A stretch of 63,857 nucleotides of DNA, counting the filler, from Phoronis australis (lineage: Eukaryota > Animalia > Phoronida): the NCBI GenBank assembly GCA_002633005.1. It is 8 parts of 8 records of this genome, joined end to end, with 100 filler letters (N's around TTAATTAATTAA, not from the genome) between each part and the next. Parts side by side here need not be neighbours in the genome. Positions count along the whole stretch, not along the records: positions 20,010 to 47,511 come from NMRA01000673.1; 7 more parts are not named here. One strand, given 5' to 3'. The notes under the pieces were generated by a model. The model did not search any database. It saw only the letters and a program-made list of their open reading frames with translations, and had not been told where the DNA came from. Position 1 is the first letter of the stretch. Every line of letters starts with the position of its first letter. The translations under genes and the position numbers were made by a program. Shown in pieces: positions 22,328 through 34,850 of the stretch.

Positions 22328-24940
22328 GGAGACGGCTCCTCCGGTGCATTGGAGTGTTTATCTGCCATTTTTATTGTAAACTGTTACCGTATGCACATTT
22401 TGTGCCATTTTTGTAAAATTGTCGCTTGAGAATAAAAATGGACAAAACATATGTACAGGTGGTTTTTGCTTCGTACATAGTGTGGACCTAGGTCTGAGGA
22501 GAAACGATAAACAGACCTTGCTATACCTGGTACTTCTGATTGGTGGGAAATACATGTACCTATTGTGTGAACTTTAGTCTTGATCTTAAGCTTCGGTGGT
22601 TTCAGTTTAGGCTCGTAGAATTATCAGTTCCATTTCTTATTTTGTGAAATTTTTTTGTTAGTGATAATAGTGTCTTTCTTTGTACTTTCTGTAAGTGGGG
22701 AACGCAGACTTTCCTTCATTTATACTGGCAATGTGATATATATTTTGAAGCACGATGGAGAACTGCTAGGTTAAAAAAGACACAGACATCTCTACGGGTA
22801 CTAATGTAGCCACCGTTCTATGTGTCTACAGATATAGAAACCGCCTAGACAACAGTGCATCACTTACATGTAAGTGTATGCATTTGCAAATTTTACTTAC
22901 ATAAACAACAGCTAAGAGATAATAATCCTCCAACTTTAACAACAGAGCAAAAGGAAAAGACAGGTAATACTGTTCCAACAAAAACATATATTCAAAAATT
23001 CAAAATTGGACAAAATTACAAATAGATTGTCAACACTAAATGATTTAATAATAATGTAAAGTAACATTTTGTAAATCGCCATCTTTTTCAGAAATCGTAC
23101 AGTACAAAGTGTAGTAGATACTTCTTGTTACATAGTTTTTTCATCAAATCTCAGCTCGGATGTACATTTTAGTATTGTAAAACCCTTTACAAACTTATTT
23201 TAAAGTAAGGCAAGGGGAATCCCAGACTTTTGTCCTTGCTCATATGAACTGGGAAAATAAAAAAAAATATTCTTAATGTAGTCAAGCACCTGTAACTGCA
23301 CGTGGGGGCAAGAGCTACATGTAATAAATTTCGGTTATTCCAAATCCAATGTATTTTCCATTAAGTACCGAACGTTATATTAACAAGTATGTTGATGAAA
23401 TAGAAGATATTACTATGGTTATATTGTCCTTCAAGCGTCAATTATCGAAAGAGTCATAGCAACAAGAAAGATGATACCATATCTGAAAGACATGACAGTG
23501 ATTTCTTATGCAAACAAGTACTACAGTCCCAAAACAAGGCGCTGTGGTATTTGTTGTCCGAATTTTCGAAAAAGTTTGATATACCTTGTAAGCCATTCAA
23601 AATAGCAGAGTTTCATTTGATTGCCTTGCACCGTTTGTATATACCTTCCGACATTAGTATTAGGGCTTCCTGATAAAATCCGAACCCCTTGTCAAATTAT
23701 TAAGTATCGAGATTCATCATAGATTGGTATTGGACACCCTAGTCCGTGAGGTTTGCAGAAAGGCTGCGTCATAGCTGGATGTTCTGCAACGACTTGTCAT
23801 CCGTTCTTGAATTTACCTCAGACATGGCAATCCTTAATTGTTTTATGTCATGCTATTTCACTTACTGTAAAATTAGTTGGTACTTTGTGTGGCTCGAAAA
23901 ACTTCAGAACAGGACCTTGAAATTTGTTTTCCATGATTTCTGTCATGTTTGTTTGCTTGTTTCTTATATGTGTCCATTATTTTAGATTTTTCAATCATCA
24001 TAACCTCGGACTAATGTTTTATGTTTACTCTGAAAACGGACAATAAAGAATTAAAAAAGAATCCTTTGACTGTTCTAAGACGTCAGCAATGATCAATTAT
24101 GTGGCCCACGTACCTCTATCGACGGTAGGTGATAATTTGACCAAACCGGATGTCCAAAGACAATATCTGGAGTTCTCAAATAAACTGTCCGCAGCACGTT
24201 GCCTTTCCCAAATTCCGTTCCCTAAACAGAAAAGCAAAGGTCAAAAACACGTCAAATACGGCAATGGTGAACTTCAATTCTTAGCTTTGTGTATTATCTT
24301 AAATAGCACAAATTTGAGGGATTAAGGAACCCTTCCCTAGTTACTTCAGCAAAATGGAGAATGATGCTGAAATGTGATTCACAAGTTCGAGTGAGGCACG
24401 TCTTCAATCGTTCATTTGACTAGGCCTTTGGACGATTAAGGCAACCGTGGTTACCAGTTTGTGCTCACTAACCACTCTGGCGTAAAGTCGCCTCATTTGT
24501 TTCAATTTTCAGTTGTAGAGATAACATGCGAATAAACAAGAGCTTTCTGCTTAAACGTAAATTTTAGTAACATTGCATCCCTTTGGAAAGAAGTTGTTCA
24601 TAGTATTTTGGTATATTGCGTGCACGCAGTTACACCTACATGTACACTGTACACAATAGCTGCTCATCGAAATAACGCCGCTAACTCTGCGGTATATTCC
24701 AACACTGCTGTACCTTAAGAAGAAACCCGGATGTCGTCGTGCTGACTATTTTACAACGAATTTGGTTCGCCATACGTCATTCCCATACTAACTAAGTTTC
24801 ACTTATTGGGCTCATCTCAGGAAAGCGGAGACGGCCCTAACTTTTCAAAGCAAGGTAAGTCACAAGAGAGGAGTGTCGAATTCATGAAGTGAGAATAGTG
24901 CTTGTTGAAGAAAAAACGTAATAAATGCGCTGCCATACTC

Positions 24941-25258
24941 TTAATAAATAATACTCATAACATAAATTTTTGATGACCTTACCGTTTCGATTTTGTTGTC
25001 GAGTGAAGCTCTCACACGCGCAGTTACAATCTTTTTATTCAACCAGTCGTCTTTCGAAATTTTGATGGCGCAGTCACCGTAAACCAACTGCGCTAAAGGC
25101 TCGCCAGTGGAACAGTGGGCCCCATCTCTTGCGCCAAATGGAACACGCACTTCGAGATCTAGAGGAGCGTCGCCCAAATACGGAGTGTGCACTTTCAGTT
25201 GAATGTTATAATCTTCTCCCTCATTCAGTTCTATTCGACGGTTAGTATACCCTAGAAT
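24941..25258 (-). CDS. VWDE-like gene, exon ILGYTNRRIELNEGED...RVRASLDNKIET(VRSSKIYVMSIIY*); 3' boundary uncertain
   Basis: Phase-0 acceptor at 25259-25260 and a long open frame. It either splices at ACG|gtaagg (about 24982) or runs to TAA at 24941. Confidence 0.75.
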   Translation of the reverse strand: MLGYTNRRIELNEGEDYNIQLKVHTPYLGDAPLDLEVRVPFGARDGAHCSTGEPLAQLVYGDCAIKISKDDWLNKKIVTARVRASLDNKIETVRSSKIYVMSIIY

Positions 25259-25505
25259 CTTCAAAAATAGAACATTCAATTGGATGCTGGGTATGTATGT
25301 TATACACGTAGCATAAGTAACTAATATCAACATCCGTGAGACTACATGCAGTTTTTGAAACACCGATATGGAGCACATCAAAGATATTACAAACACTAAG
25401 GAACTTTTGTGCTGTGAAAAATCTCTGTAAAAATATACTAGTCTGCACTTCTTTGAAATGTTTCCAGCAAGTCATGCGCTTATACGATTGTGTAACTCAA
25501 CTCAC

Positions 25506-25592
25506 TTCTATGCCGACAAATAAGCGTTCTTGGCTGACTTTCCACTGACTGTAGGCACCTCTTCGGAAGAAGGACCTAATTTTGCATTGAAT
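25506..25592 (-). CDS. VWDE-like gene, exon IQCKIRSFFRRGAYSQWKVSQERLFVGIE
   Basis: ttttcag acceptor, gtgagt donor, 87 nt, phase 0-0. Confidence 0.85.
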
Positions 25593-27045
25593 CTGAAAAA
25601 GCAGTTGTCTTGTGACTTAATCAGCATAATTTTTAAGCTCCAAACAATTGAATTGATAAGGTCTGGACTTTGAGCTCTTTTTTATGCCACAGCGTCAATG
25701 CGGCATCAAGCGATTTCAGACAAAAAAGCTTTGATCTAGGTCACGAGCCGTTATTCTTAGCCTAAGTGTTGTTGCTTAATGAGTTTTGATTTGGTCATTT
25801 GGTCTCTGGGAAGGAACTGACCGTTCTTTATTTTTTTAGAACAAGGTCATGGAATTTGAGGTTAGGCCTTGACCTGCAATTCGACGACCTTGTTCCTTTA
25901 TTTTTTAGAACAAGGTATAAATAACGAAGTGCGAGTTCTTTCCAAAACCATAAATCATTCCTACATGTACTTTGATTAAGAAACAGTTTGAGACCAATTC
26001 ATGAAGGCAAGTGGACTAAATTCGATTTTAGTTTTACAGAACGTTTTATGTTTGTAAGTTGCTTTCAGACCAAGGAGGGACACCGATAAGCATGTGACTA
26101 AATCATATATTGAGAACACATCAAGCCTTAAGCCGGAGCAGGAAGAGTCGGGTAACTGAGCATTCGTAATATACATGTAATAAGATGCTGGTAGAGACAT
26201 CTTGTGTTGCTACTGTCCATAACGTCGTGTGTATATGTCCATAACATAACAGAATGCACGCCTTTAATGCTGCTTTTACTGAAAGTCTGAGAAGACGTCA
26301 TTCGTAGGACAGCAGTGTTCCCCCAGAGTATACATGTATATGAATATGGTTGTTGGTCTAGTAGCAGGGCATCCTATATTGGGAAACAACGAACGCCCAA
26401 GATGCCTGTCGGATATCACCATAGGTTGCACGTGAAAAACGCTTCGTTTGCAGAGTTACCTCGCCAATAACTAGCGAACGAGTGCTTATGCTATGACCTG
26501 CGTTGAAGAGGGCGTTCCGTGGAGCAAGAGTCTTACGAGAAAAGCAAAATCAAGTGAGACCACAAAAAACACGCGAATCAAAGGCAAGTGTTTCCCGAAT
26601 AAGTCCAAGATCTTATCAGGGTAGACTAGAAAAATGATAGCAAGTGAGGTGATTTGTGGGCGAGAAGATAATTTACAAGTTTCCTCTCACAGATTTCTCA
26701 CTGAAGGTGTCGCGCAATTGCTGTGTGTTGCGGAACACGTTCCTGGTGACATTCATATGGAACATAAGTCTCGTGAACGGTCCCAAACTTTGGACATCTC
26801 TCTCGTCAATGTGTATACAGGGAAGGAGGGCCCTATTTAGAGGAACCACGCTACGAATGCCGAGTTTACAACTAGACGCATACGTATTTGTGGAACGATG
26901 AGCTCATACTAACTTCTCCACGCTATTATAAGTTAACTTCTGCCACCTTGTTGCACCTAACACATTTTACTATACATGTACACGTTTTACATAACAGTAT
27001 TTAGAACACTACTGCCAATAACATTTTAATGTCGACATAACTTAC

Positions 27046-27305
27046 GTATTTCCCAAACACTGAGTTCTCCAGCTTGTCTTCGCCGAGGACAAATTTGATG
27101 GGCAGATCGCCATCCTTTACGTCTCTTAATAACTCTTTAGTGCCATCGCCTTGTTCCATAAGCCAAGACACTTCAAAGCTCTGCCGTGCGTCATGGTCTT
27201 TATTTGGTTCCAAAGTGCACGCATAACGTATTTCCTGAAGGTTTGGGTCAACCTGGTTTTCCAAGAGCAATACGGGGTCGTTTACTAGTTCCACGACTTC
27301 GGAAG
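27046..27305 (-). CDS. VWDE-like gene, exon (P)SEVVELVNDPVLLLENQ...SFEVSWL...SVFGKY
   Basis: tttag acceptor, gtaagt donor, 260 nt, phase 1 to 0. Confidence 0.85.
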
Positions 27306-27819
27306 CTAAATGAAGTATAAGGGCATTATTGTAAAATAGCTACACATGCTTTCCGTGCGTCAGAGAACTGCTTATTATCAACATATAGCCCGTCGGACAA
27401 GATGCCCTCGTACTAAAGCTCATGCTAAAGGTTTTGCGGTAACCAGAATCTTGATAATTTGACCAATTGCATACTCCTTGCGAAATGTCGACAAACACAC
27501 AATACATGTACGTTTTACCATGCACCGTGTTGTTTGCCGGGTACAATGGCGGCTTGGAAACGAAGGTGTGTCAAGAATACTGCGTTCTGATTGGTCACCT
27601 AAGCCTAGGTAGTGAAGGAGCTAATAGGGAGGTGACCAGCCTCAAATCATCCGTCCCAGAATCTCCAGTAGAGTATGTATGCGACAATCAGAACCGAGAT
27701 AAAATGGTATCATAAAATCGAATAAAATCAAAGCTTGCAAACCAACCACACAATTTCAAGTTTCAAATCTTATCAAGAACTGTTCAATCAATTTTGTTAG
27801 CAATTGCAAATAATCTTAC

Positions 27820-27882
27820 GGAGACATCCGGGTGTGAAGCCAGTCGGTGACCCTTGACCTTGCGGACAAGGAGAGTGGTCTC
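27820..27882 (-). CDS. VWDE-like gene, exon (G)DHSPCPQGQGSPTGFTPGCL
   Basis: ttttcag acceptor, gtaag donor, 63 nt, phase 1-1; PCPxGxxSPTGFxPGC motif. Confidence 0.9.
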
Positions 27883-28377
27883 CTGAAAATGAGAAACGGA
27901 TGCATGCGTAATGTACACCATACACGACTACATGTAAATGAAAACTCAGGTCAACCTTGGTGGCCCATTTTGAAGGCGAGCTGAGGACACAATAAGACGA
28001 ATGTTGGTCTAGATGCGTTCCGTAGTCGCAAGAATCTCACCCAATAAGCTTTGACAGACTCAAAAATCACGTTAAATCAAGCGAATAGAGGCGAGGGTTT
28101 CACCTACCCTGAGAAAATAGCGATCACTAAAGTGATGAGAAGGTGAGGTTGAAATGCTAAATTATAGGATAGAATTCAGTTTACGATGCATAAGCGAAGA
28201 GTTCTCGCCGAAAGTGTCTATGTAGTGCTTTGGCTCTACGGAACGTAGCCCTGTCTGATCAAATTTTGTTGTATTTCGGATATAATTTTCTTAACTTAAC
28301 GAACTTTCTAAAATCATTAGCGGCACTCTCAACTTGATGGCAAATGCAGTGCCTGACATGAACTAAATTACTCTTAC

Positions 28378-28542
28378 CAAAACAATATCCGGAAGGACAT
28401 CCGGGTGACGGAAGTAGGTAGTAAGCAATTATGTCGTTACCGCAGTTCTTCACTTGAAGCTTGAGTCTGAAAGCGCAGCATTTGTTCTTCACAGAAACAC
28501 AGCAGTGTGTGTTAGAGATCTCGCCAGGATTTGGAATTTCCC
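28378..28542 (-). CDS. VWDE-like gene, exon (G)EIPNPGEISNTHCCVSVKNKCCAFRLKLQVKNCGNDIIAYYLLPSPGCPSGYCF
   Basis: D8C-type CC...VKNCG...YxL.P..GC...YC pattern; tgcag acceptor, gtaag donor, 165 nt, phase 1-1. Confidence 0.92.
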
Positions 28543-29847
28543 CTGCAACAGCCGTGAACATAGTCAGCGTGTCCCGTATTCGTATTTTTCACACAAGAAT
28601 ACTCGAAGACATTGTATTGTGATTAAGGTTTACCCATTTGATTTTGAAAATCCCTTGTGCAGAGTATATGCCGTCTGAACACATTGCGAAAGGTAACGCC
28701 TACCCACGTACACTGTAGAAATTATACAGTAGGTACAGTATGGGTGTTGCGTTCATAACGCGTTCACACCTTGTGTTAATATCGTGCATCTCGGATACGT
28801 ATTCAATTCCATTAATGTTATATAAAAACTTTTGTACCCTCCAATCTAAAATATGTATCAGAAAAGAAGCATAAATTTTCAGATATAAAAATCAGGGATC
28901 ATGAAATATGTGTTGCATTAATGTGCCATCGATAATTACATGTACAACTGTACGTAATCACCTTTTTATCAAAATTCATTTTTAAGAAAGCTACATTTGC
29001 CAGCAAAAAAAACACTCGATTAACTGCATAAATTATCGCATTCCTGCACCAAGTTAACTCGCGAAACTTATGTTATTTTTGAAAAAAATGGTAGTCATAT
29101 TAACATTATTTCTTTGCATTGTACACACCGTTGACTTAATGTTATGTCGAACAAAAGAAGATGAACGGACTGTTTATAGTGTGTATAGTGTACATCTACG
29201 TTATGTACGGAACTGGATGTAACTGGCAGCAGACTCAATTTAAATGACAGCTCTGCAATCTTTGAATTTGGATACATGAAAGTAGTAAACAAATTTATAC
29301 GCGGTTGAGGGTGGTTACGTATTTGAAGTTCTGTGAGAGTGACGATAAGACACTCTGCTACCTGTACAAATACATGTATACGGAATATTGTAAGAGTGGC
29401 CATTTTTAAACACCATTTGAGATAACCTTAAGAAAACACCCATGACTTGCATATACTTTGTTCAATATGGACACGCTCCCTCAATGGGAGTGAATGCATA
29501 ACCAAGACGCAGGATCATGTACATCACGGTATGCAATAATAGTTAAATGCATGATGATTACAAGACTGGGGAACAGTAATTTTCTCGAAAAATGTATGTC
29601 CATTATAATCGGGACTGTTTTTTTACTTGTCTGAACACTATCACCAGTTGTTTTCATCTTCAAGGACATAACCAATTTTCTTAGGTGTGTTTCACGCAAT
29701 CGACCTCAGCAAATACATGTAATAGATGCTCAGCAAGTTGCAATAGAAGAGCGTATTAAGGATTCCATAGTTTTCAAATACAATTGTTTCAAGACTTTTT
29801 TATGCCTGTGTTTGTTTTCAGAATATTTTGTAATCAAAATACGATAC

Positions 29848-29964
29848 CATTCATCCACAACGTGTATCGCGTCCCACAGCGATAGTTTGGAACACACTCA
29901 TTGGCCATCGTCAATGACTTCCGGTTTCCATTCGGAGAATCAGGAGCTAGGAAGATGTACCAAC
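29848..29964 (-). CDS. VWDE-like gene, exon (G)WYIFLAPDSPNGNRKSLTMANECVPNYRCGTRYTLWMN
   Basis: GWYxF...M..xC....CGT....W.xG D8C motif; ttccag acceptor, gtatcg donor, 117 nt, phase 1-1. Absent from the ORF track. Confidence 0.92.
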
Positions 29965-30384
29965 CTGGAAAAGGAATGAGTGGACTATAACTGGTTCACT
30001 TAAACAGACATTGTTCAGCAAGGTACATACTGTATTTCCAGCCAAAATAATTTAGGTAAATATGAACATATCACAATTGCCTGGGCGCTTGGACACATTG
30101 GTATCCAGGGTAATGAGGCAGCTGCTCAATAAACCAAACTTTATCAGAACTTGATTTTCAATTACCTGAACCAATATTACCCCTTCCTGTTGCCTCTTGC
30201 GTCTTACACATGAGGGATTGGTGAACGATGAAAAACATATTAGACCAACGCAAATGACTGTAGAAAAACAAAAGAGGTGGTGAGCTGAGTAAGCCATAGA
30301 CTAACTACCAAGCTTTTGAGTCTGACGAGGTCTCAACTGCAAATGGTAATGCAGTGTCGCTGTAAATTGCACAAATATAAGAAA

Positions 30385-30940
30385 TGATATTTCACTCGTT
30401 AAAAAAATTATGTGAGAATATGGACTCGTCCCTCTTATACCCCCATCTTTCGGACTGTCCAATAACCTCTTGTGTAGATTCGCATGCGGTCCTCCTGCAC
30501 CCGAGGCACTAGGACATTCCATTACCAGCCTCACTATTGGTTCGTTTGTATTACTGCCACGAGTTTGGTAAACTCCTGGCTCCCATAGGCTGATGATTGT
30601 CACGTGTCATAGGGCTCCTTTGTTCTCAAGAAAGTTATATTTCCTGCCATCAGTACTTCGGTTTAGCAGCACTTAGGTTCGAGCTAATCTCTCTTCATTT
30701 TTTCCCACCCTCTACCACCCTCTCCTTTGGGTAGTTCCTCTTACCTGAGTGCTGGCGCTTTTTATTGCCCATCTTTCCACAGAGATTATTATTTTATCTT
30801 TATGTTATTTGTACACTCATATTTCTGTACCTTATTAGTCATAATAAATGACCTTATATCGCCTATACACTGTCTCTTTTGTATCACTGGAAAGGGAGCT
30901 TGCGACGCACCTATTATTTTCGGGACATATTCCGAGCATA
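30385..30940 (+). repeat. Second copy of the ~560-bp dispersed repeat
   Basis: Colinear similarity with about 11835-12395. Confidence 0.85.
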
Positions 30941-31136
30941 AAACAACAGGTCGAAATGCTGGATTTAAGATGAAACACCAGAGCACCATGTTGGTCGAAA
31001 ATTCACTTAACAAAGCATTTAGAAATCTAGAAAGTAAAGCAGTTTCAGTGAAAACTGTAATAGGCAACAACCACTTGCAAAATTTGGCTGGCAGAATTGC
31101 TGAGTACATGTATGATTAGTGAAATAAAAGCACAAT

Positions 31137-31283
31137 CATGGGCGGAGCAGCACTGAAATAAGTGGGGTCTATATCCCCCTAGCCCCCAATATGGTGCGCT
31201 GCCTACGTCCATGAGCGGCGATGCGCTGACATAACTGGGGGGGGGGGCTATAGCCCTCAATCCCCTATGGTGCACCGCCCATG
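31137..31283. mobile_element. hAT-like MITE
   Basis: Terminal inverted repeats CATGGGCGGAGCA / TGCACCGCCCATG, with internal G/C-tract hairpins. No clean 8-bp target-site duplication. Confidence 0.7.
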
Positions 31284-31396
31284 GCAATGCCTGCTGCAAT
31301 GGACCTTTAGAAGGTCTAAATAACGCATCGGACATTCTGTTTTGCGTACTTTATTTCGCAAAATTCTGACACCACTGTCCCATTATTACCGTTATC

Positions 31397-31397
<1 letters not shown>

Positions 31398-31465
<68 letters not shown>

Positions 31466-31470
31466 TTTAT
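31398..31470. repeat. (ATT)n microsatellite
   Basis: Read directly. Confidence 0.97.
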
Positions 31471-32432
31471 TACTATCTCTGAAAGGAGGAGATTTAAAAT
31501 TAAATTGGGAGATGGAGAATTTTATAAAAACCGGAGATAACCTTCAAAAGAAAAAACAACTACATTTTTGAAGCTACTGTACTTGATTCGATAATGCAAT
31601 TTAAAAAAGCGTTATAAAAGAAAAAAAGATTATCGCCACATTTCATTTTCTGATAATGATTAGATTAACATGACTGTCTTATGCAGTGACTTTTATAATA
31701 CATGTATGTAACAAAATCTACAAACAATCTTCAAATCCTATGCTAGAGATGTTAACGCTCGGACGACTTTACTTAAGCCGAAACTGACCTAACGTGTACC
31801 GTTACTATGAACATTATAGCATGATAAAGTGGGCTTCGTCAATCAACATGAAGTCTGGACAACATTTAATAGCACGACGATAAATGAGATAATGACGCTG
31901 ATTTATACACGAATTGTGAATCCGCGAGACGCCTTGGATCTTGAGCCCATTAATTATTAATAAAAGTGAGTTTTCAAAGTACTCCTTCAAATGCACGTGT
32001 ATGAGTTCTCTTTAAGCAGAAACGAAGAGTACCTCTCAGATATTCTTTCTGACACCGTTCAGTATAAACACAACGAAGACTATGCTAAACGCGACACGTT
32101 CCACTTTACTTACTGATGTGTTTATAAAGATGGGTTCCCTCCGTACTTCCAGGCATGCACAACACGAGTAAAATAAAACAGACTGATTGTATAAAACAAA
32201 TTGGTCTGAAAATTATCCTTGGTACAATGTATATGACAATGAGCTTCTGGAATTAACAAAACTTAGCAGTCACCTTCAATGTTATGAAGCAGCTCAACTG
32301 TGTCAAAACGAAGTCTGTAATACTCTCGTTATTATGTTTGAGGTACATTTTGTTTGGTTTGTTAAATTCGAAGAAATTTTGTCAAAAAATTAGCATTTCG
32401 GATAACGAGTAATTAAAAAACGACCAGAGCAC

Positions 32433-32622
32433 CTTCAACCAAAGATCTGTCGCAGTGAAGTTTGTCGCCAGGCCGCGAGGTGGCGTTAGTGCTCCTGGTT
32501 GCATTTTCCGGGTGATGCTCCACGACAAGCACGTCTTCTGGGCGCATCGTACATGGATCCTCTGCTTCTGAGCCCACACTCACTGCAAAATTAACAAAGA
32601 GATAAAAGTGCCAAAATAACAT
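32433..32622 (-). CDS. VWDE-like gene, first recognisable exon MLFWHFYLFVNFAVSVGSEAEDPC...KLHCDRSLVE
   Basis: DPC...RS...CDxxL motif; the donor GAAG|gtgctc joins in phase to GWYIF. The start is either ATG 32622 (signal-peptide-like) or a phase-1 acceptor giving exon start 32582. Confidence 0.85.
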
Positions 32623-34597
32623 CAAAACAGCTTAAAACCATCTCAGAATTTGATGCTAAGACAACAATGACAATTAAAGGTGACAATAACGATTAAGGTT
32701 ATTGGCAACAAATATACAGTGTACGTCACGCCCATAGTTGTAATTAGAATAACAAACCAATCTAGTGTTGGCTCACGTGGCCATGTAGTATTGGTAGAAT
32801 AGAACCACGAACAGGTTCACAACGTTCTCATAAGATTTTCTTTCCTTTTCGTTTTCCATTTGTACAAAGTTTTCAGCAATTCTTATGGCAACCATGAAGT
32901 CACAATTTTCGATTGCACTTTTTCCCAAATTGTGACGTTTTAAAAGGTAATGAGTAGCAGAAATTAATTTAAATCATTGGATTAATCAAACGATCGAATT
33001 AAATATGTGATGGTAGAGTTTTATTTTTGTTACGCACACTGAACGTTCAAAATCTATTGAGAGAAAGTAACAAAATTGGCCAAAACTTCAAAATTTGTTT
33101 TTATTAGAGTTGTCCAATAGTTTCCAAGCAAATTTATCATTTTTGCTGCCTAATGCTTTTTGAACGATTCTTTCAAGGACGGAGCGCACACTTCAAAGAG
33201 GCTTCAGGTACCTAAGTCTGGTAACTTGACCGTTTGTCTCTAGCGCAATAAGTATGGCATACGTTTTCATTGGTTCACGCGTCTTAGGTCCCGGAAACGA
33301 CTGTTCGTAGTATACAGTGCGAATAAAAGAACGATTTTTTATTGAAAGGGGTGTATGTTAAACAAATGTGCTACAGCATTACCGCTGCATCAATCAACCC
33401 ACTGGGCTTTGGTATCACCGTGAACAAAGACAAGATTAAAAAAGGACAGCATGTTCACTATCGCTACCTATTCTGTCAACACTTAAATGTAGCTAGTGGT
33501 ACTGAATGCACTATCTCTAGAATGGACAGCGCAATCGCAAGGGAATGCAATTAAATCAAAATGGTACAAGACCAAATGAAGATAACATGGAGGTCCTGCA
33601 TGTACACTGTACAGGTACATAGTATCTACATGTACATGTATACCAGCATGTTCGTGTGGATGAGAAACAAAAAAGCAAAAACGTTGTATGAGAATGGTAA
33701 ACTATTAGACAACTGTCAAATGTTGGGTGTGGACCAGGTCTGTCTATTTTGAACAAGTTTATGAGCAGGAATCACTGTTCGTACTAAACCACTCTGTTCC
33801 CGCAATTGCTCAATGTATTTAGCCATAGAACTTAGGGCCTATAATGCCAACTTCGATCTCCCGCTGGTGAGTAGGCGCCGCGCATGCGTGGCATTTGTTT
33901 GCATTCGTTTGCTCCGATGTTGTTTGTCAACCGAATTGCGTAGGAGTCATATCATTAGAAACCCCTTCATCAGGTCTTGATTATACCAAAAGATGAATAG
34001 TGTAATTCATAAATAATTATCGTTTCCCAAATCTGTCAAAATTCTTTTCAATTTTTGAAACCAAGATTGTCACAAAAATGCGAAAAACAACATGGTGTAG
34101 TAGTAACATAATACGGTAACCAGATTACAAATAAGTCGAATTAAAGCAAAGGAAAATAATATCAATGATACCAAATATTTCTACCCTATCAAGAAATCGA
34201 TTTTAAATTATGGATAATCATAGTCGCTGACATTCATCCAAAATCATACTTCGTTATACATGTACATTAATTGTATCATTTCAGACGTTTGATAAACTTC
34301 CTCAGTAGTAATTAAGGATGCGGTGACATTTAAAAATTGCGATAAACTACCTATCCGAAATTCGGATATAAAGACTTTTGAGGGTGTGCCAGGATGGCAT
34401 GAGAAATTTAAAAAGTGGGATAGCCCTGTAAAAAACACAAAATAATTCATTGGATTCTTTTATTTCACGGGTACAGGTACATTGTCAATGCTACAGATAA
34501 CGTTACAGCCAACAAACCCAAGCAACAAAGTAGTATTCGGTCAATAAGTAAACATTGCACAAATGAATTATCTTAGAAAGAAATGCAATAATTTATG

Positions 34598-34850
34598 CAC
34601 ACACACACACACACACATACACACGCACGCACGCACGCACACACACACAAATGTAACTCCTTTCCGTGATAATACTGTAGCATGATTTTAACATGTCTTC
34701 AACTGCAACTCCTTTCCGTGATAATACTGTAGCATGATTTTAAAATGTCTTCAATTGTAACTCCTTTACGTGATAATAGTGTATCATGATTTTAACATGT
34801 CTTCAACTGTAACTCCTTTCCGTGATAGTACTTTAGCATAATTTTAACAT
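34598..34850. repeat. (CA)n/(CACG)n microsatellite followed by a 52-bp tandem repeat, about 4 copies
   Basis: AACTCCTTT[CA]CGTGATA anchor at 34655, 34707, 34759 and 34811. Confidence 0.95.

Noticed and set aside
30321-30360. CTGACGA hammerhead-core-like heptamer
   Set aside because: No stem II closed by GAAA follows.
32382-32432. Apparent frameshift after CDRSLVEG suggesting a pseudogene
   Set aside because: Explained by a splice donor at 32432; the frame continues as GWYIF in exon 29848-29964.
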